Below are positions 1-9,496 of a stretch of DNA of 64,000 nt, piece by piece. Below the pieces are notes generated by a model. It saw only the letters and a program-made list of their open reading frames with translations. It was not told the DNA's origin and searched no databases. The translations under genes were made by a program, and so were the position numbers. The first letter of the stretch is position 1. Every line of letters starts with the position of its first letter. Location of the stretch: positions 4,204 through 68,203 of the forward strand of contig CAXBQZ010000006.1 in NCBI GenBank assembly GCA_963978055.1, written 5' to 3'. This stretch comes from an uncultured bacterium (GTDB lineage Bacteria; Actinomycetota; Actinomycetes; S36-B12; CAIYMF01).

Positions 1-624
1 CACACTTCCATGACCGGGGATCACCCGATCAACCCGCGAAACCACCGCAGCCAGGGACAGGAGTCCACCGCGGTATGTCGTCAAGGTCTGGTCGGCCGAG
101 TCGGGCATAGGCAGTTCAACATCACTGAGCATGTCACCGGCGATCAAGAGGCCCAGATCGGGAATCTCCACGGCAATGTGATGAAGGGCGTGCGCATGAT
201 GCTCATGGATGACCGCACGTGGTCCACGCCAGTCCAGCACCGGCCCGCTGATAGGAACGAGGTGACCGGCCAGTGCAATGAGATCTTCCGGGATATCTCC
301 CACCAGCGGCTCGAGCAGTTCCTGACGACGGCTGGTGATGGCCTCTACCGTCCCCGCTGAGGCCCAGCGAGGTACATCACCGAGATCCGGATGCCACAGC
401 ACATGGTCGTAGTGCATATGTGTTGACAGTCCGGCCACACACCGCACCCCGAGGGTGCGCAGATCCTCGGGGATCGCGGCAAGCTCATCTGCATCCCAGG
501 ACGGATCAATGACGAGCGCTCCTCCATGGCCATCAAGGATCACGGTGGAGTTCGTGACATAGCGCCTGGACGTGGCGACATAGATCTCGTCCGTGACGCG
601 GACCAGGCGAATAAGGGAAGACAT
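1..624 (-). CDS. MBL-fold metallo-hydrolase (partial, runs off left edge)
   Basis: Not in the ORF track because it has no stop in the window. Manual translation from ATG at 624: MSSLIRLVRVTDEIYVATSRRYVTNSTVILDG...LVIDP...STHMHYDHVLW (HxHxDH)...IAGDML...VIPGHG, open to base 1. Confidence 0.85.
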   Translation of the reverse strand, partial: MSSLIRLVRVTDEIYVATSRRYVTNSTVILDGHGGALVIDPSWDADELAAIPEDLRTLGVRCVAGLSTHMHYDHVLWHPDLGDVPRWASAGTVEAITSRRQELLEPLVGDIPEDLIALAGHLVPISGPVLDWRGPRAVIHEHHAHALHHIAVEIPDLGLLIAGDMLSDVELPMPDSADQTLTTYRGGLLSLAAVVSRVDRVIPGHGSV

Positions 625-669
625 GAAGCCAACTGTCTCACCTTTGCACTGATACGGAATGATGGACCC

Positions 670-1392
670 ATGACGCGACCTGTGATCGGCATCTCCTGCT
701 ACAGCGAACCCTCAACCTGGGGCGCCTGGGCAGACACCGTTGCCGCGGTGATTCCCCGCCAGTACATCGATGCAGTGGAGTCCCAGGGAGGCGCTGCCAT
801 CCTGCTTCCGCCGGTGACGAATGCCGAGAGCGCCAGTGCCACGGTCGATCGCATCGACGGCCTCGTACTCGTCGGTGGTGCTGATATCAACCCGGCTGAT
901 TATGGCCAGGATGCGCATGACACCGTTGACAGGCCGCGCCTAGATCGCGATGCGACAGAGCGCGCCCTTTACCGTCACGCCCGAGCCATCGGCATCCCGG
1001 TCCTGGGCATCTGCCGCGGGTTGCAGATCATGGCGGTTGAATCCGGTGGAACGCTGATCCAGGATCTGCCCTCAGCCGGATACGGCGAGCTGCATCGGAT
1101 TCGTCCCGCCCACTTCCTCGAGCACGGCGCCCGATTCGAGCCAGGTTCACTGGTGGCCCGACTCATGGAGACGACCGAGACGGTCGTCAACTCCAGTCAT
1201 CATCAGGCCGTCGACAATCCGGGCAGCCTGACGATCACTGGCTGGGCGGAGGATGGCACTGTGGAGGTCTGCGAGGATCCCGAGGCAGCCTTCGTCCTTG
1301 GCGTGCAGTGGCATCCGGAGATGAGTGAGGATCGGCGACTGTTCGCTGGACTCATCCAGGCAGCGCGTCACAGAGCCGGGGACAGTTCCTGA
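670..1392 (+). CDS. Gamma-glutamyl-gamma-aminobutyrate hydrolase family (PuuD / peptidase C26, class I glutamine amidotransferase)
   Basis: MTRPVIGIS start, GGADINP, PVLGICRGLQ nucleophile Cys, VNSSHHQAV, GVQWHPE His-Glu. Start moved from 526 to ATG 670 because 526-624 is occupied by the MBL gene. Confidence 0.9.
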   Translation: MTRPVIGISCYSEPSTWGAWADTVAAVIPRQYIDAVESQGGAAILLPPVTNAESASATVDRIDGLVLVGGADINPADYGQDAHDTVDRPRLDRDATERALYRHARAIGIPVLGICRGLQIMAVESGGTLIQDLPSAGYGELHRIRPAHFLEHGARFEPGSLVARLMETTETVVNSSHHQAVDNPGSLTITGWAEDGTVEVCEDPEAAFVLGVQWHPEMSEDRRLFAGLIQAARHRAGDSS

Positions 1393-1395
1393 TCG

Positions 1396-2151
1396 CTAGG
1401 ACGATCGCGGTGGCAGGTAGATGGCTGTCTGCCGCGAGCTGGCCACCACTCGTCCCGATTCATCCCACACAACGGCGGTCTCATCCATGACGCCACTGTG
1501 CAGGTACTGACCGCGGACCCGTGAGGCCAGCCGTCCCACAATCTCACCCGGATAGAGAGCTACCTGAGCTGCAACAGTGGGGATCCCGCCAGGGATACCA
1601 AGACACCAGATTGTCGGTGGAAGCACATCCCAGGAAGCCATCGCCAGAAACTCGTCCACTGGTCGCCCGTCGCGGTAGCAGATCCAGCCGTTGATGACCG
1701 GATGTTCACTCGGTGGGCCTCCCCTGAGCGCGGCACCATCATGTGGCTTGAGACGTACGTTGAGGGTATCGAGCAGTTCCATCCCGGGGCCGGACCAGTT
1801 GGGACCCGCAGATGCACAGTCATCCCACCCCGGACCATCGAATGGTTCGAGATCATCGATATGAACGTCAGCGTCGCGTGGAGAACCGACTGTGACGATG
1901 AACTCCGCCACAGCGCTTCCCTCCCGGGACAGCGACAGGCGAGCGGTGGAAAGCCGTCCGTCTCGAAGACTGACGATCTCCAGGTCAGCGGGCCCACCAC
2001 CACGGGCGGCCGCCAAGTAATGCGCACTTACCGTAAGAGCCGGAGCACCGTTGAAGAACTCACTGGCTGCCTGGCCGGCCACAGCAGCCAAGTACCCGCC
2101 ATTGAGATGGCCGGTGATCGACCACCGTTCATCCAACTCAATGACGGGCAC
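1396..2151 (-). CDS. Thioesterase family protein (double hotdog, TesB-like)
   Basis: W..GHLNGGYLAA, SAHYL, DVLPP, G..DE...WD.SGRVVASSRQ pattern of double-hotdog thioesterases. Confidence 0.75.
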   Translation of the reverse strand: MPVIELDERWSITGHLNGGYLAAVAGQAASEFFNGAPALTVSAHYLAAARGGGPADLEIVSLRDGRLSTARLSLSREGSAVAEFIVTVGSPRDADVHIDDLEPFDGPGWDDCASAGPNWSGPGMELLDTLNVRLKPHDGAALRGGPPSEHPVINGWICYRDGRPVDEFLAMASWDVLPPTIWCLGIPGGIPTVAAQVALYPGEIVGRLASRVRGQYLHSGVMDETAVVWDESGRVVASSRQTAIYLPPRSS

Positions 2152-2198
2152 CTGTTGTTCCTGCTTTCAGTTGAACTGCTGTTCAGTCAAGCTGTTGT

Positions 2199-2966
2199 TC
2201 AGTCCAGCGGAGTGACGTACGCGCCCGAGATACCACCATCGACCAGGAAGTTGCTCGCGGTTATGAACGAGGCGTCATCACTTGCCAGGAACGCAACGGC
2301 TGCCGCGATCTCCGAGGCCTCGGCGAAACGACCGAACGGGATATGAACCAGGCGGCGGGCTGCACGCTCAGGATCCTTGGCAAAGAGTTCGATCAGGAGC
2401 GGGGTGTTGACCGGTCCAGGGGACAGGGCATTGACCCGGATGCCCTCGCGGGCAAACTGCACACCAAGTTCACGGCTCATCGCAAGGACACCACCCTTGG
2501 AGGCGGTGTACGAGATCTGCGAGGTGGCCGCACCCATCGTTGCGACGAACGACGCCGTATTGACGATCGCACCCTTGCCCTGACGCTGCATGTAGGGGAT
2601 GACCTCCTTGCAGCACAGGTACACGGACGTCAGGTTCACCCGCTGCACTCGATCCCAGGCCTCGATGCCCGTGGTCAGAATCGAATCGTCATCTGGGGGT
2701 GAGATTCCGGCGTTGTGGAAGGAGACATCGATCGAGCCGTAGTGATCGAAGGCCGTCTTGAACATGCGCGCCACATCGTCGGCATCAGTGACATCGGCCT
2801 TGACCGCAAGGCCCTTCACCTCAGCGGCAACAACCTCTGCTGCTTCCAGGTTCATGTCGACAACAACGACGTTGGCACCCTCGGAGGCAAGACGGTTCGC
2901 CGTCGCACGTCCAATGCCACTTCCTCCACCGGTGATGACGGCGGTGCGGTTGGTAAAGCGTTCCAC
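2199..2966 (-). CDS. Short-chain dehydrogenase/reductase (3-oxoacyl-ACP reductase-like; Rv2857c/SCO1611-type)
   Basis: TGGGSGIG, NAG, catalytic S...YTASK, PGPVNTP; 7 bp downstream of the aldehyde dehydrogenase. Confidence 0.9.
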   Translation of the reverse strand: MERFTNRTAVITGGGSGIGRATANRLASEGANVVVVDMNLEAAEVVAAEVKGLAVKADVTDADDVARMFKTAFDHYGSIDVSFHNAGISPPDDDSILTTGIEAWDRVQRVNLTSVYLCCKEVIPYMQRQGKGAIVNTASFVATMGAATSQISYTASKGGVLAMSRELGVQFAREGIRVNALSPGPVNTPLLIELFAKDPERAARRLVHIPFGRFAEASEIAAAVAFLASDDASFITASNFLVDGGISGAYVTPLD

Positions 2967-2973
2967 GATTTGA

Positions 2974-4341
2974 TCAGCCTTCCGTAGAGATGAATACGTT
3001 CTTGACTTCCGTGAACGCCTCGAGGGCGTCCGGACCTAGCTCCCGGCCGAGACCGGACTTCTTGAAACCGCCGAATGGCGTCCAGTAGCGGACCGAGGAG
3101 TGCGAATTGACCGACAGGTTGCCGGATTCGACGCCACGAGCCACCCGAATCGCGCGGCCGACATCACGAGTCCAAATCGAGCCGGAGAGCCCGAACTCAC
3201 TGTCGTTGGCCAGTGCAATCGCGTCTGCCTCGTCATCGAAGGGAACGACGGTGACAACCGGCCCGAAGATCTCTTCACGCAGAAGACGATCCTCACGTGA
3301 TTCAGCCAGAACCACAGTTGCCGGGTACCAGTACCCCGGCCCCTCGGGAACACTTCCGCGAATCAGCACATTGGTCTTGTCGTCAACGAAGGACGCCACG
3401 CGATCCCGGTGCCCTGCACTGATCAGCGGACCCATATCGGTGGTCGTGAGATTCGGATCATCGACGCGAACACCGAGTACCGCGGGCTCCAGCAGTTCGA
3501 GGAAGCGATCCATCACCGAGCGCTCGATCAGGATGCGCGAACGAGCGCAGCAGTCCTGACCGGAGTTGTCGAATACTCCGCCGGGGGCAGATGCCGCCGC
3601 TTTCTCGAGATCGGAATCAGCGAAGATGACGTTTGCGCTCTTGCCACCAAGTTCGAGAGTGACCGGCTTGACCTGACGAGCACATCCCTCGGCCACGTGG
3701 ATCCCAACCTCGGTGGAGCCGGTGAACACCACCTTGGCCACATCCGGATGAGTGACGAATCGCTCGCCGACCACCGAGCCACGCCCGGTGAGAATCTGCA
3801 GCACGTTCTCCGGGAAGCCCGCCTCGAGGGCGAGTTCTCCGATCCGCATCGCCGTCATGGGCGTGAGTTCTGCAGGCTTGACCACCACCGTGTTTCCAGC
3901 GGCCAATGCTGGAGCAACTCCCCAGCCCATGATCGGCATCGGGAAGTTCCACGGCACGATGACACCGACGACCCCGAGCGGCTCGCGGAACGTCATGTCG
4001 ATACCACCCGGCACCGGAATCTGGTGACCCAGCAGACGCTCGGGCGCTCCGGCGTAGTAATTGAAGACGTTGGCGATGTTGCCGGCTTCCCAGCGTGCAT
4101 TGCCGATCGTGTGGCCTGCGTTGAGCACCTCGAGCTGGGCCAACTCCTCGTTGTGCTCCTCAAGTAGGGCACCCAGGCGGCGCAGGAGTCGCGCTCGATC
4201 ACCTGGCGCGGTGTTGCGCCAGCTCACGAAGGCGACCTTGGCCCGAGCGATCGCGGCGTCAGTCTCCTCAAGTGAGATCGATGGAATGGTTGCAACGACA
4301 ACCTCGGTGGTGGGATTGATGACCTCGTGCACGGCAGTCAC
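2974..4341 (-). CDS. Aldehyde dehydrogenase (gamma-glutamyl-aminoaldehyde dehydrogenase-like)
   Basis: PWNFP, KPAELTP, FTGSTEVG, LELGGKS, GQDCCA catalytic Cys, EEIFGPV. Confidence 0.92.
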   Translation of the reverse strand: MTAVHEVINPTTEVVVATIPSISLEETDAAIARAKVAFVSWRNTAPGDRARLLRRLGALLEEHNEELAQLEVLNAGHTIGNARWEAGNIANVFNYYAGAPERLLGHQIPVPGGIDMTFREPLGVVGVIVPWNFPMPIMGWGVAPALAAGNTVVVKPAELTPMTAMRIGELALEAGFPENVLQILTGRGSVVGERFVTHPDVAKVVFTGSTEVGIHVAEGCARQVKPVTLELGGKSANVIFADSDLEKAAASAPGGVFDNSGQDCCARSRILIERSVMDRFLELLEPAVLGVRVDDPNLTTTDMGPLISAGHRDRVASFVDDKTNVLIRGSVPEGPGYWYPATVVLAESREDRLLREEIFGPVVTVVPFDDEADAIALANDSEFGLSGSIWTRDVGRAIRVARGVESGNLSVNSHSSVRYWTPFGGFKKSGLGRELGPDALEAFTEVKNVFISTEG

Positions 4342-4385
4342 AGATGCCTCTTTCAGGACGGATAGTTGATCGGTAGTTGGAAGGA

Positions 4386-5765
4386 TCAGAACCGCTCGAA
4401 GCTGCGATAGCGCTCCCAGTCGGTGACAGCTCGACCGAAGGCCTCGATTTCAATTCGGCCCATGTTTGCATAGTGCGCCTGCACGTCCTCACCAAAGGTC
4501 TGCGCTACCCATTCCGAACGCGACCACAGGTCTACTGCCTCCTGAAGCGTGTGCGGAACACGTGATCCGGTTGACTCATATGCGTTGCCCGTTGTCTCCG
4601 GACCAAGTTCGAGATTGCGCTGGATGCCGTCGAGTCCAGAGGCAACCATCGCGGCCACGACCAGGTACGGATTTACGTCACCACCGGGAACGCGGTTTTC
4701 CACTCGCAGACTTGCCCCGCGTCCGACCAGACGCAGTGAGCAGGTGCGGTTGTCACGCCCCCACTCAATCGCGGTCGGCGCGAATGAGCCAAGTGCAAAT
4801 CTCTTGTAGGAGTTGATGTTCGGGGCGAACAGGAGGGAGAGCTCGCGCATGTGTTCCAACTGCCCAGCGATGAACGACCGGCCAACTGCTGACAACCCAT
4901 GCTCCACATCGGACTCATCCGCGAACACCATGGAGCCATCCAGACCACGGAAACTGAGGTGCGTGTGGCAGGAGTTACCCTCTCGCTCATTCCACTTGGC
5001 CATGAAGGTGAGCGCATAACCCTCCTGTGCCGCGATCTCCTTGGCACCGGTCTTGTAGACCACGTGGTTGTCACAGGTGGTCAGGGCATCTGCGTACAGG
5101 AACGCAATCTCATGCTGACCGAAGTTGCACTCCCCCTTGGCACTCTCGACCACCATGCCGGCACCGGCCATATCGAGGCGGATCTTGCGCAGGAGGGGTT
5201 CGACCCGTGATGTGCCGATGATCGAGTAGTCAACGTTGTACTGGTTTGACGGGGTGAGATCGCGGTAGCCGCGTGACCAGGCATCCTCATACGTGTTGTT
5301 GAACAGGATGAACTCGAGTTCAGTTCCCACAAAGGCACCCATTCCGGCGTCGGCAAGTCGCGCCAACTGCTTCTTGAGGATCTGACGTGGGGATGCCACC
5401 ACCTCACGTCCGTCCAGCCAGTGGACGTCTGCCTGAACCATCACGGTGCCGGGATGCCATGGAACTCGACGCAGGGTGGCCAGGTCGTGGGCCATCACCA
5501 AATCGCCGTACCCGCTGTCCCAGCTGGACATGGCGTAGCCATCCACTGTGTTCATATCCACATCAACGGCGAGCAGATAATTGCACCCCTCGGTGCCGTG
5601 CGGAAGCACATGCTCAACGAAATATGGTGCGTGGACCCGCTTGCCCTGAAGTCGTCCCTGCATATCGGTGATCGCCACGATTACCGTGTCAACCGATCCA
5701 TCGGCAACAGCTGTCTTCAGCTGCTCCACCGACAGGAAACCACCGGAGGATGAGTGCTCACTCAT
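4386..5765 (-). CDS. glnA4: Glutamine synthetase-family gamma-glutamylase, GlnA4 type
   Basis: DMQGRLQGKR, GTEGCNYLLAVDVDM, GTELEF, KGECNFGQHEI, EGNSCHTHLS, ENRVPGGDVNPY; linked to ALDH, SDR and PuuD as in actinobacterial glnA4 loci. Confidence 0.8.
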   Translation of the reverse strand: MSEHSSSGGFLSVEQLKTAVADGSVDTVIVAITDMQGRLQGKRVHAPYFVEHVLPHGTEGCNYLLAVDVDMNTVDGYAMSSWDSGYGDLVMAHDLATLRRVPWHPGTVMVQADVHWLDGREVVASPRQILKKQLARLADAGMGAFVGTELEFILFNNTYEDAWSRGYRDLTPSNQYNVDYSIIGTSRVEPLLRKIRLDMAGAGMVVESAKGECNFGQHEIAFLYADALTTCDNHVVYKTGAKEIAAQEGYALTFMAKWNEREGNSCHTHLSFRGLDGSMVFADESDVEHGLSAVGRSFIAGQLEHMRELSLLFAPNINSYKRFALGSFAPTAIEWGRDNRTCSLRLVGRGASLRVENRVPGGDVNPYLVVAAMVASGLDGIQRNLELGPETTGNAYESTGSRVPHTLQEAVDLWSRSEWVAQTFGEDVQAHYANMGRIEIEAFGRAVTDWERYRSFERF

Positions 5766-5920
5766 GGGACCCCTTCACGTAGACATTGCGGTTCGTTGCA
5801 CAACCTACTCCCCTTGAGATCGGGTTGACCGGCGGGTCGCTGAGTCGGCCTGATACGGTCCAAAACACCACGATGAACCTCCACAGCCAGCCGATCAGCC
5901 AACGTACGAGGAGTGAGCAC

Positions 5921-8383
5921 ATGTCGGCCGACAGCGTTCAGAACTCACTGCCCACTCGGGCTCGAGCCGTTGTGATCGGTGGTGGAGTCGTCGGTGCGAG
6001 CGTCGCATATCACCTGACCAAGCTGGGCTTCACCGATCTCGTCCTGCTCGAGCAGGGACAGCTATCCTCCGGAACCACCTGGCACGCCGCCGGCCTGGTT
6101 GGACAGCTCCGAGCCTCGGAATCGGGCACTCGACTGGTGCAGTACTCAGCCAAGCTCTACGCGGAGCTGGAGGCCGAGACGGGTCTATCGACTGGCTATC
6201 GGCAGTGCGGCGGGGTCACCGTCGCTCGCACCCCCGAGCGGATGACCCAGCTCCTGCGAACGGCCGCACAGGCTGAGGCGTTCAACCTTGAGTGCGAGAT
6301 CCTGACTCCAGCGCAGGCCCTGGAGTACTACCCGATTCTGGAAGTCTCAGATCTGCAGGGTGCGATCTGGCTGCCGAAGGACGGGATCGCCAACCCGACG
6401 GACGTCACGCAGTCCCTCGCGCGTGGGGCGCGCATGGGTGGAGCTCAGATCTTCGAACGCACCAGAGTCACGGGCATCACCACAAAGGATGGAGCGGTCA
6501 CCGGAGTCGAGACCGATCATGGCTCCATCGAGGCCGAAATCGTCGTCAACTGTGGTGGCCAGTGGGCCAAGGCGATCGGCCAGCTTGCCGGGGTGAATGT
6601 TCCCCTGCACTCCGCTGAGCATTTCTACGTGGTGACCGAGCAGATCGACGGAGTCCATCGGATGATGCCGATCCTGCGCGATCCGGATGGATACACCTAC
6701 ATGAAGGAAGAGGTGGGTGGCCTAGTAGTCGGCGGATTCGAGCCGGTTGCCAAGCCCTGGGTCGCACCCGATGAGCTCCCCTACCCGTTTGAATTCCAGC
6801 TCCTCGAGGAAGATTGGGACCACTTCGAGATCCTGATGGAAAGTGCCCTTCATCGCGTCCCAGTACTAAACCAGACGGGTATCAAAAAGTTCTACAACGG
6901 CCCGGAGTCATTCACCCCGGACAACCAGTTCATCCTCGGTGAAGCACCTGAACTCCGAAACTTCTTCGTCGGTGCCGGCTTCAACTCCGTGGGCATTGCC
7001 TCCGCCGGTGGGGCGGGACGAGCACTCGCCGAGTGGATCGTGAGCGGTGAGCCGCAGACAGATCTCGTGGGCGTCGACATCCGTCGATTCGCGGCATTCA
7101 ACGGCAACAACCAGTGGCTGCGCGCTCGGGTGGGCGAAGTTCTCGGGCTGCACTACTCAGTTCCCTGGCCGAACCGCGAGTTCGACACCGCCCGCCCGTT
7201 CCGTCGTTCACCACTGCACGACCGGATGGTGCAGGCCAACGCCTGCTTCGGGTCGAAGATGGGCTGGGAGCGACCCAACTTCTTCGCCCCCGCCGGGGTT
7301 GAGCCGGTGATTGAGTACTCGTGGGGTAAGCAGAACTGGATCCCCTGGGTGGATGCAGAGCAGAGGGACGCCCGCTCTGAGGTGGCGATCTTCGATGAGA
7401 CCTCGTTTGGAAAACTGCTGGTCAAGGGGGCAGATGCCGAACGTCTGCTCCAGTGGTTGTGCACCGCAAATCTCGCCGTACCTGTTGGCACCGTTGTGTA
7501 CACAGGAGCACTAAACGCCCGCGGGACCTATGAGGCAGACGTCACGGTCACCCGGATCGCACACGATGAATTCCTGTGGGTTACCGGGTCGGCCTCCGTG
7601 GCCCGCGATGCCTCATGGATCAGCCGTCATCGCGAACCTGATATGCAGGTGGAGGTCGTCGACGTTTCGAGCTCATACGCGGTGATCGGGTTAATGGGAC
7701 CGAAGTCCCGCGACCTGCTCAGTTCACTGTCCCGCGCGGATCTATCCGATGAGGCCTTCCCATTCTCCACCTCACAGTTGATCGACGTCGGACCCTTCAC
7801 TGCCCGCGCTACTCGACTCACATACGTCGGTGAACTGGGATGGGAGCTTTACGTCCCAGCGGAGTTCGCAGTTGGTGTGTACGACCTGCTGAAGGGATCA
7901 GACATCGAGGTCCGAGATGCCGGCTACTACGCCATCAATGCTCTGCGACTCGAGAAGGGTTACCGGGCGTTCGGTCCTGAACTCAACCCCACCTACAACC
8001 CGATCGAGGCTGGGCTCGGCTTCACCTGCAAACTAAACACCGACGTCGACTTCCTCGGACGCGCGGCGGTTGAGCAGTCCAAGATCGACGGTGTGCGACG
8101 CCGCCTGGTCTCACTCGTCCTGGATTCCCCCGACCCGATGATGTGGGGTGGTGAACTGGTTCTGCGAGATGGAGTGGCAGTTGGCCAGGTCACCTCAGCA
8201 GCTTTTGCAACTACGACAAATGCGTGCGTGGCTCTCGCCTACATCTGGAACCCCGAGGGGGCTGTCGTTACAACGGACTTCCTCACCACCGGTTCCTACG
8301 TCATCAACATAGGCGGAGACCTCAATTCCGCCACCCTGCACCTGCGGGCGCCGTACGATCCCGACAACAGCCGGATCAAGTAG
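5921..8383 (+). CDS. GcvT-family FAD-dependent oxidoreductase (dimethylglycine/sarcosine dehydrogenase-like)
   Basis: IGGGVVG FAD motif, GTTWHAAG (His equivalent to the covalent-flavin residue), NGPESFTPD, C-terminal folate-binding GcvT domain (TYVGELGWELY, LRLEKGYR). ATG 5921 follows GAGGAG RBS. Confidence 0.9.
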   Translation: MSADSVQNSLPTRARAVVIGGGVVGASVAYHLTKLGFTDLVLLEQGQLSSGTTWHAAGLVGQLRASESGTRLVQYSAKLYAELEAETGLSTGYRQCGGVTVARTPERMTQLLRTAAQAEAFNLECEILTPAQALEYYPILEVSDLQGAIWLPKDGIANPTDVTQSLARGARMGGAQIFERTRVTGITTKDGAVTGVETDHGSIEAEIVVNCGGQWAKAIGQLAGVNVPLHSAEHFYVVTEQIDGVHRMMPILRDPDGYTYMKEEVGGLVVGGFEPVAKPWVAPDELPYPFEFQLLEEDWDHFEILMESALHRVPVLNQTGIKKFYNGPESFTPDNQFILGEAPELRNFFVGAGFNSVGIASAGGAGRALAEWIVSGEPQTDLVGVDIRRFAAFNGNNQWLRARVGEVLGLHYSVPWPNREFDTARPFRRSPLHDRMVQANACFGSKMGWERPNFFAPAGVEPVIEYSWGKQNWIPWVDAEQRDARSEVAIFDETSFGKLLVKGADAERLLQWLCTANLAVPVGTVVYTGALNARGTYEADVTVTRIAHDEFLWVTGSASVARDASWISRHREPDMQVEVVDVSSSYAVIGLMGPKSRDLLSSLSRADLSDEAFPFSTSQLIDVGPFTARATRLTYVGELGWELYVPAEFAVGVYDLLKGSDIEVRDAGYYAINALRLEKGYRAFGPELNPTYNPIEAGLGFTCKLNTDVDFLGRAAVEQSKIDGVRRRLVSLVLDSPDPMMWGGELVLRDGVAVGQVTSAAFATTTNACVALAYIWNPEGAVVTTDFLTTGSYVINIGGDLNSATLHLRAPYDPDNSRIK

Positions 8384-8395
8384 AGCGGAGTCAGC

Positions 8396-9304
8396 ATGAT
8401 CGACGAGCAACTGCTGGTCCGACTCGACAGTGTGGATGCCCTACGCGAGCGAACCTGCGTCGAGGAACTGTCCGGCGGGCTGACAAATCTCAACCTCAAG
8501 GTCACCACTCCCACGGGTACCTACGTGGCTCGACTCTCATCGGAACAGAGCTCACTACTGGCGATCGACCGGGCTGCCGAGCACAGCAACAGTCGGGCAG
8601 CAGCCGAGTCCGGAGCAGCGCCCGCAGTTCTGGCATACGTCCCCGAGCAGAGCCTGCTGGTTGTCGAGTACGTCAATGGTCGTACGTGGACCGAGCGCGA
8701 TGTACTCGATCCGGTCAATGCCCTTCGCATTGGCGCGGCCTGCCGAAAACTGCATGCTGGACCACGGTTCGTCAACGAGTTCAACATGCTTGCGTTGCAG
8801 CCGCACTACCTATCGATCGTTCAACAGCGTGGATTTCGTCTACCCGACCGATACCTGGACTTCGCTGAGCAGACCCACGCTATCGCCGACGCCCTCGCCG
8901 TCCAGTCGGTGGCAACTGTGCCCTGCAACAACGACCTTCTCGCAGCGAACTTCATCGACACCGGCGAGCACCTCTGGCTGATCGACTACGAGTACTCCGG
9001 GAACAACGACCCGTTCTTCGAGATCGGCAACATCTGGAGTGAGGCCACGGGCAATCCTGACGACCTCGAACGCCTGGTGTCGGCATATGTCGGACGCACG
9101 TCCGCGTCACTGACCGCCCGGGCCCGCCTGTGGGGTCTGATGAGCAAGTACGGCTGGATGCTGTGGGCATCGATCCAGGACGGCAGCAGTGACCTCGACT
9201 TTGATTTCTGGTCATGGGGCTTGGAGAAATACGACCGGGCAGTCACCGAATTCGACAGTCCCGAGTTCGGTACCTGGCTGGAAAGCGCCAAGAGTCCCCA
9301 TTGA
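8396..9304 (+). CDS. Choline/ethanolamine kinase-family phosphotransferase
   Basis: LSGGLTNLN, Brenner-like motif PCNNDLLAAN, LIDYEYSG..DPFFEIGN; 12 bp after the GcvT-family gene. Confidence 0.8.
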   Translation: MIDEQLLVRLDSVDALRERTCVEELSGGLTNLNLKVTTPTGTYVARLSSEQSSLLAIDRAAEHSNSRAAAESGAAPAVLAYVPEQSLLVVEYVNGRTWTERDVLDPVNALRIGAACRKLHAGPRFVNEFNMLALQPHYLSIVQQRGFRLPDRYLDFAEQTHAIADALAVQSVATVPCNNDLLAANFIDTGEHLWLIDYEYSGNNDPFFEIGNIWSEATGNPDDLERLVSAYVGRTSASLTARARLWGLMSKYGWMLWASIQDGSSDLDFDFWSWGLEKYDRAVTEFDSPEFGTWLESAKSPH

Positions 9305-9496
9305 TGTCGATTGAATTCGCAGATCAATGACCTGCTGACGGAAAATCCCCACTGAAAACCCTCCCCAAAGGGCCTCGGGGCTTGTAAGTTGCTTCAGCGT
9401 GTCGTCAACGGGCCACCTGCTCGGGCCGACACACTTTTCAACAAGAAGCAGCGCCGCTGCATCTGCCCTGTATGGGGTTCCCGGAGGAGGGGACAC

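Noticed and set aside
10-360. 116-aa plus-strand ORF (and 345..536 minus)
   Set aside because: Shadow frames of the MBL hydrolase on the minus strand, which has clear family motifs.
2150-2198. Imperfect CTG(T/C)TGTTCAGT-like repeats between SDR and thioesterase (similar short repeats at 4342-4385)
   Set aside because: Only 2-3 degenerate units with no spacers; they look like ordinary intercistronic spacer sequence, not CRISPR or a known element.
5786-5920. Upstream extensions given by the ORF track (also 526, 9389, 29111, 35392, 38484, 61605, 63720 and others)
   Set aside because: They overlap neighbouring genes or promoters and lack homology-like content. Downstream starts have RBS or leaderless signals.
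9305-9496. Long leader before the permease as a possible riboswitch
   Set aside because: Some pairing (GTGTCG/CGACAC) is present, but I see no glycine, guanidine, SAM, TPP or cobalamin consensus. An Infernal/Rfam scan would settle it.
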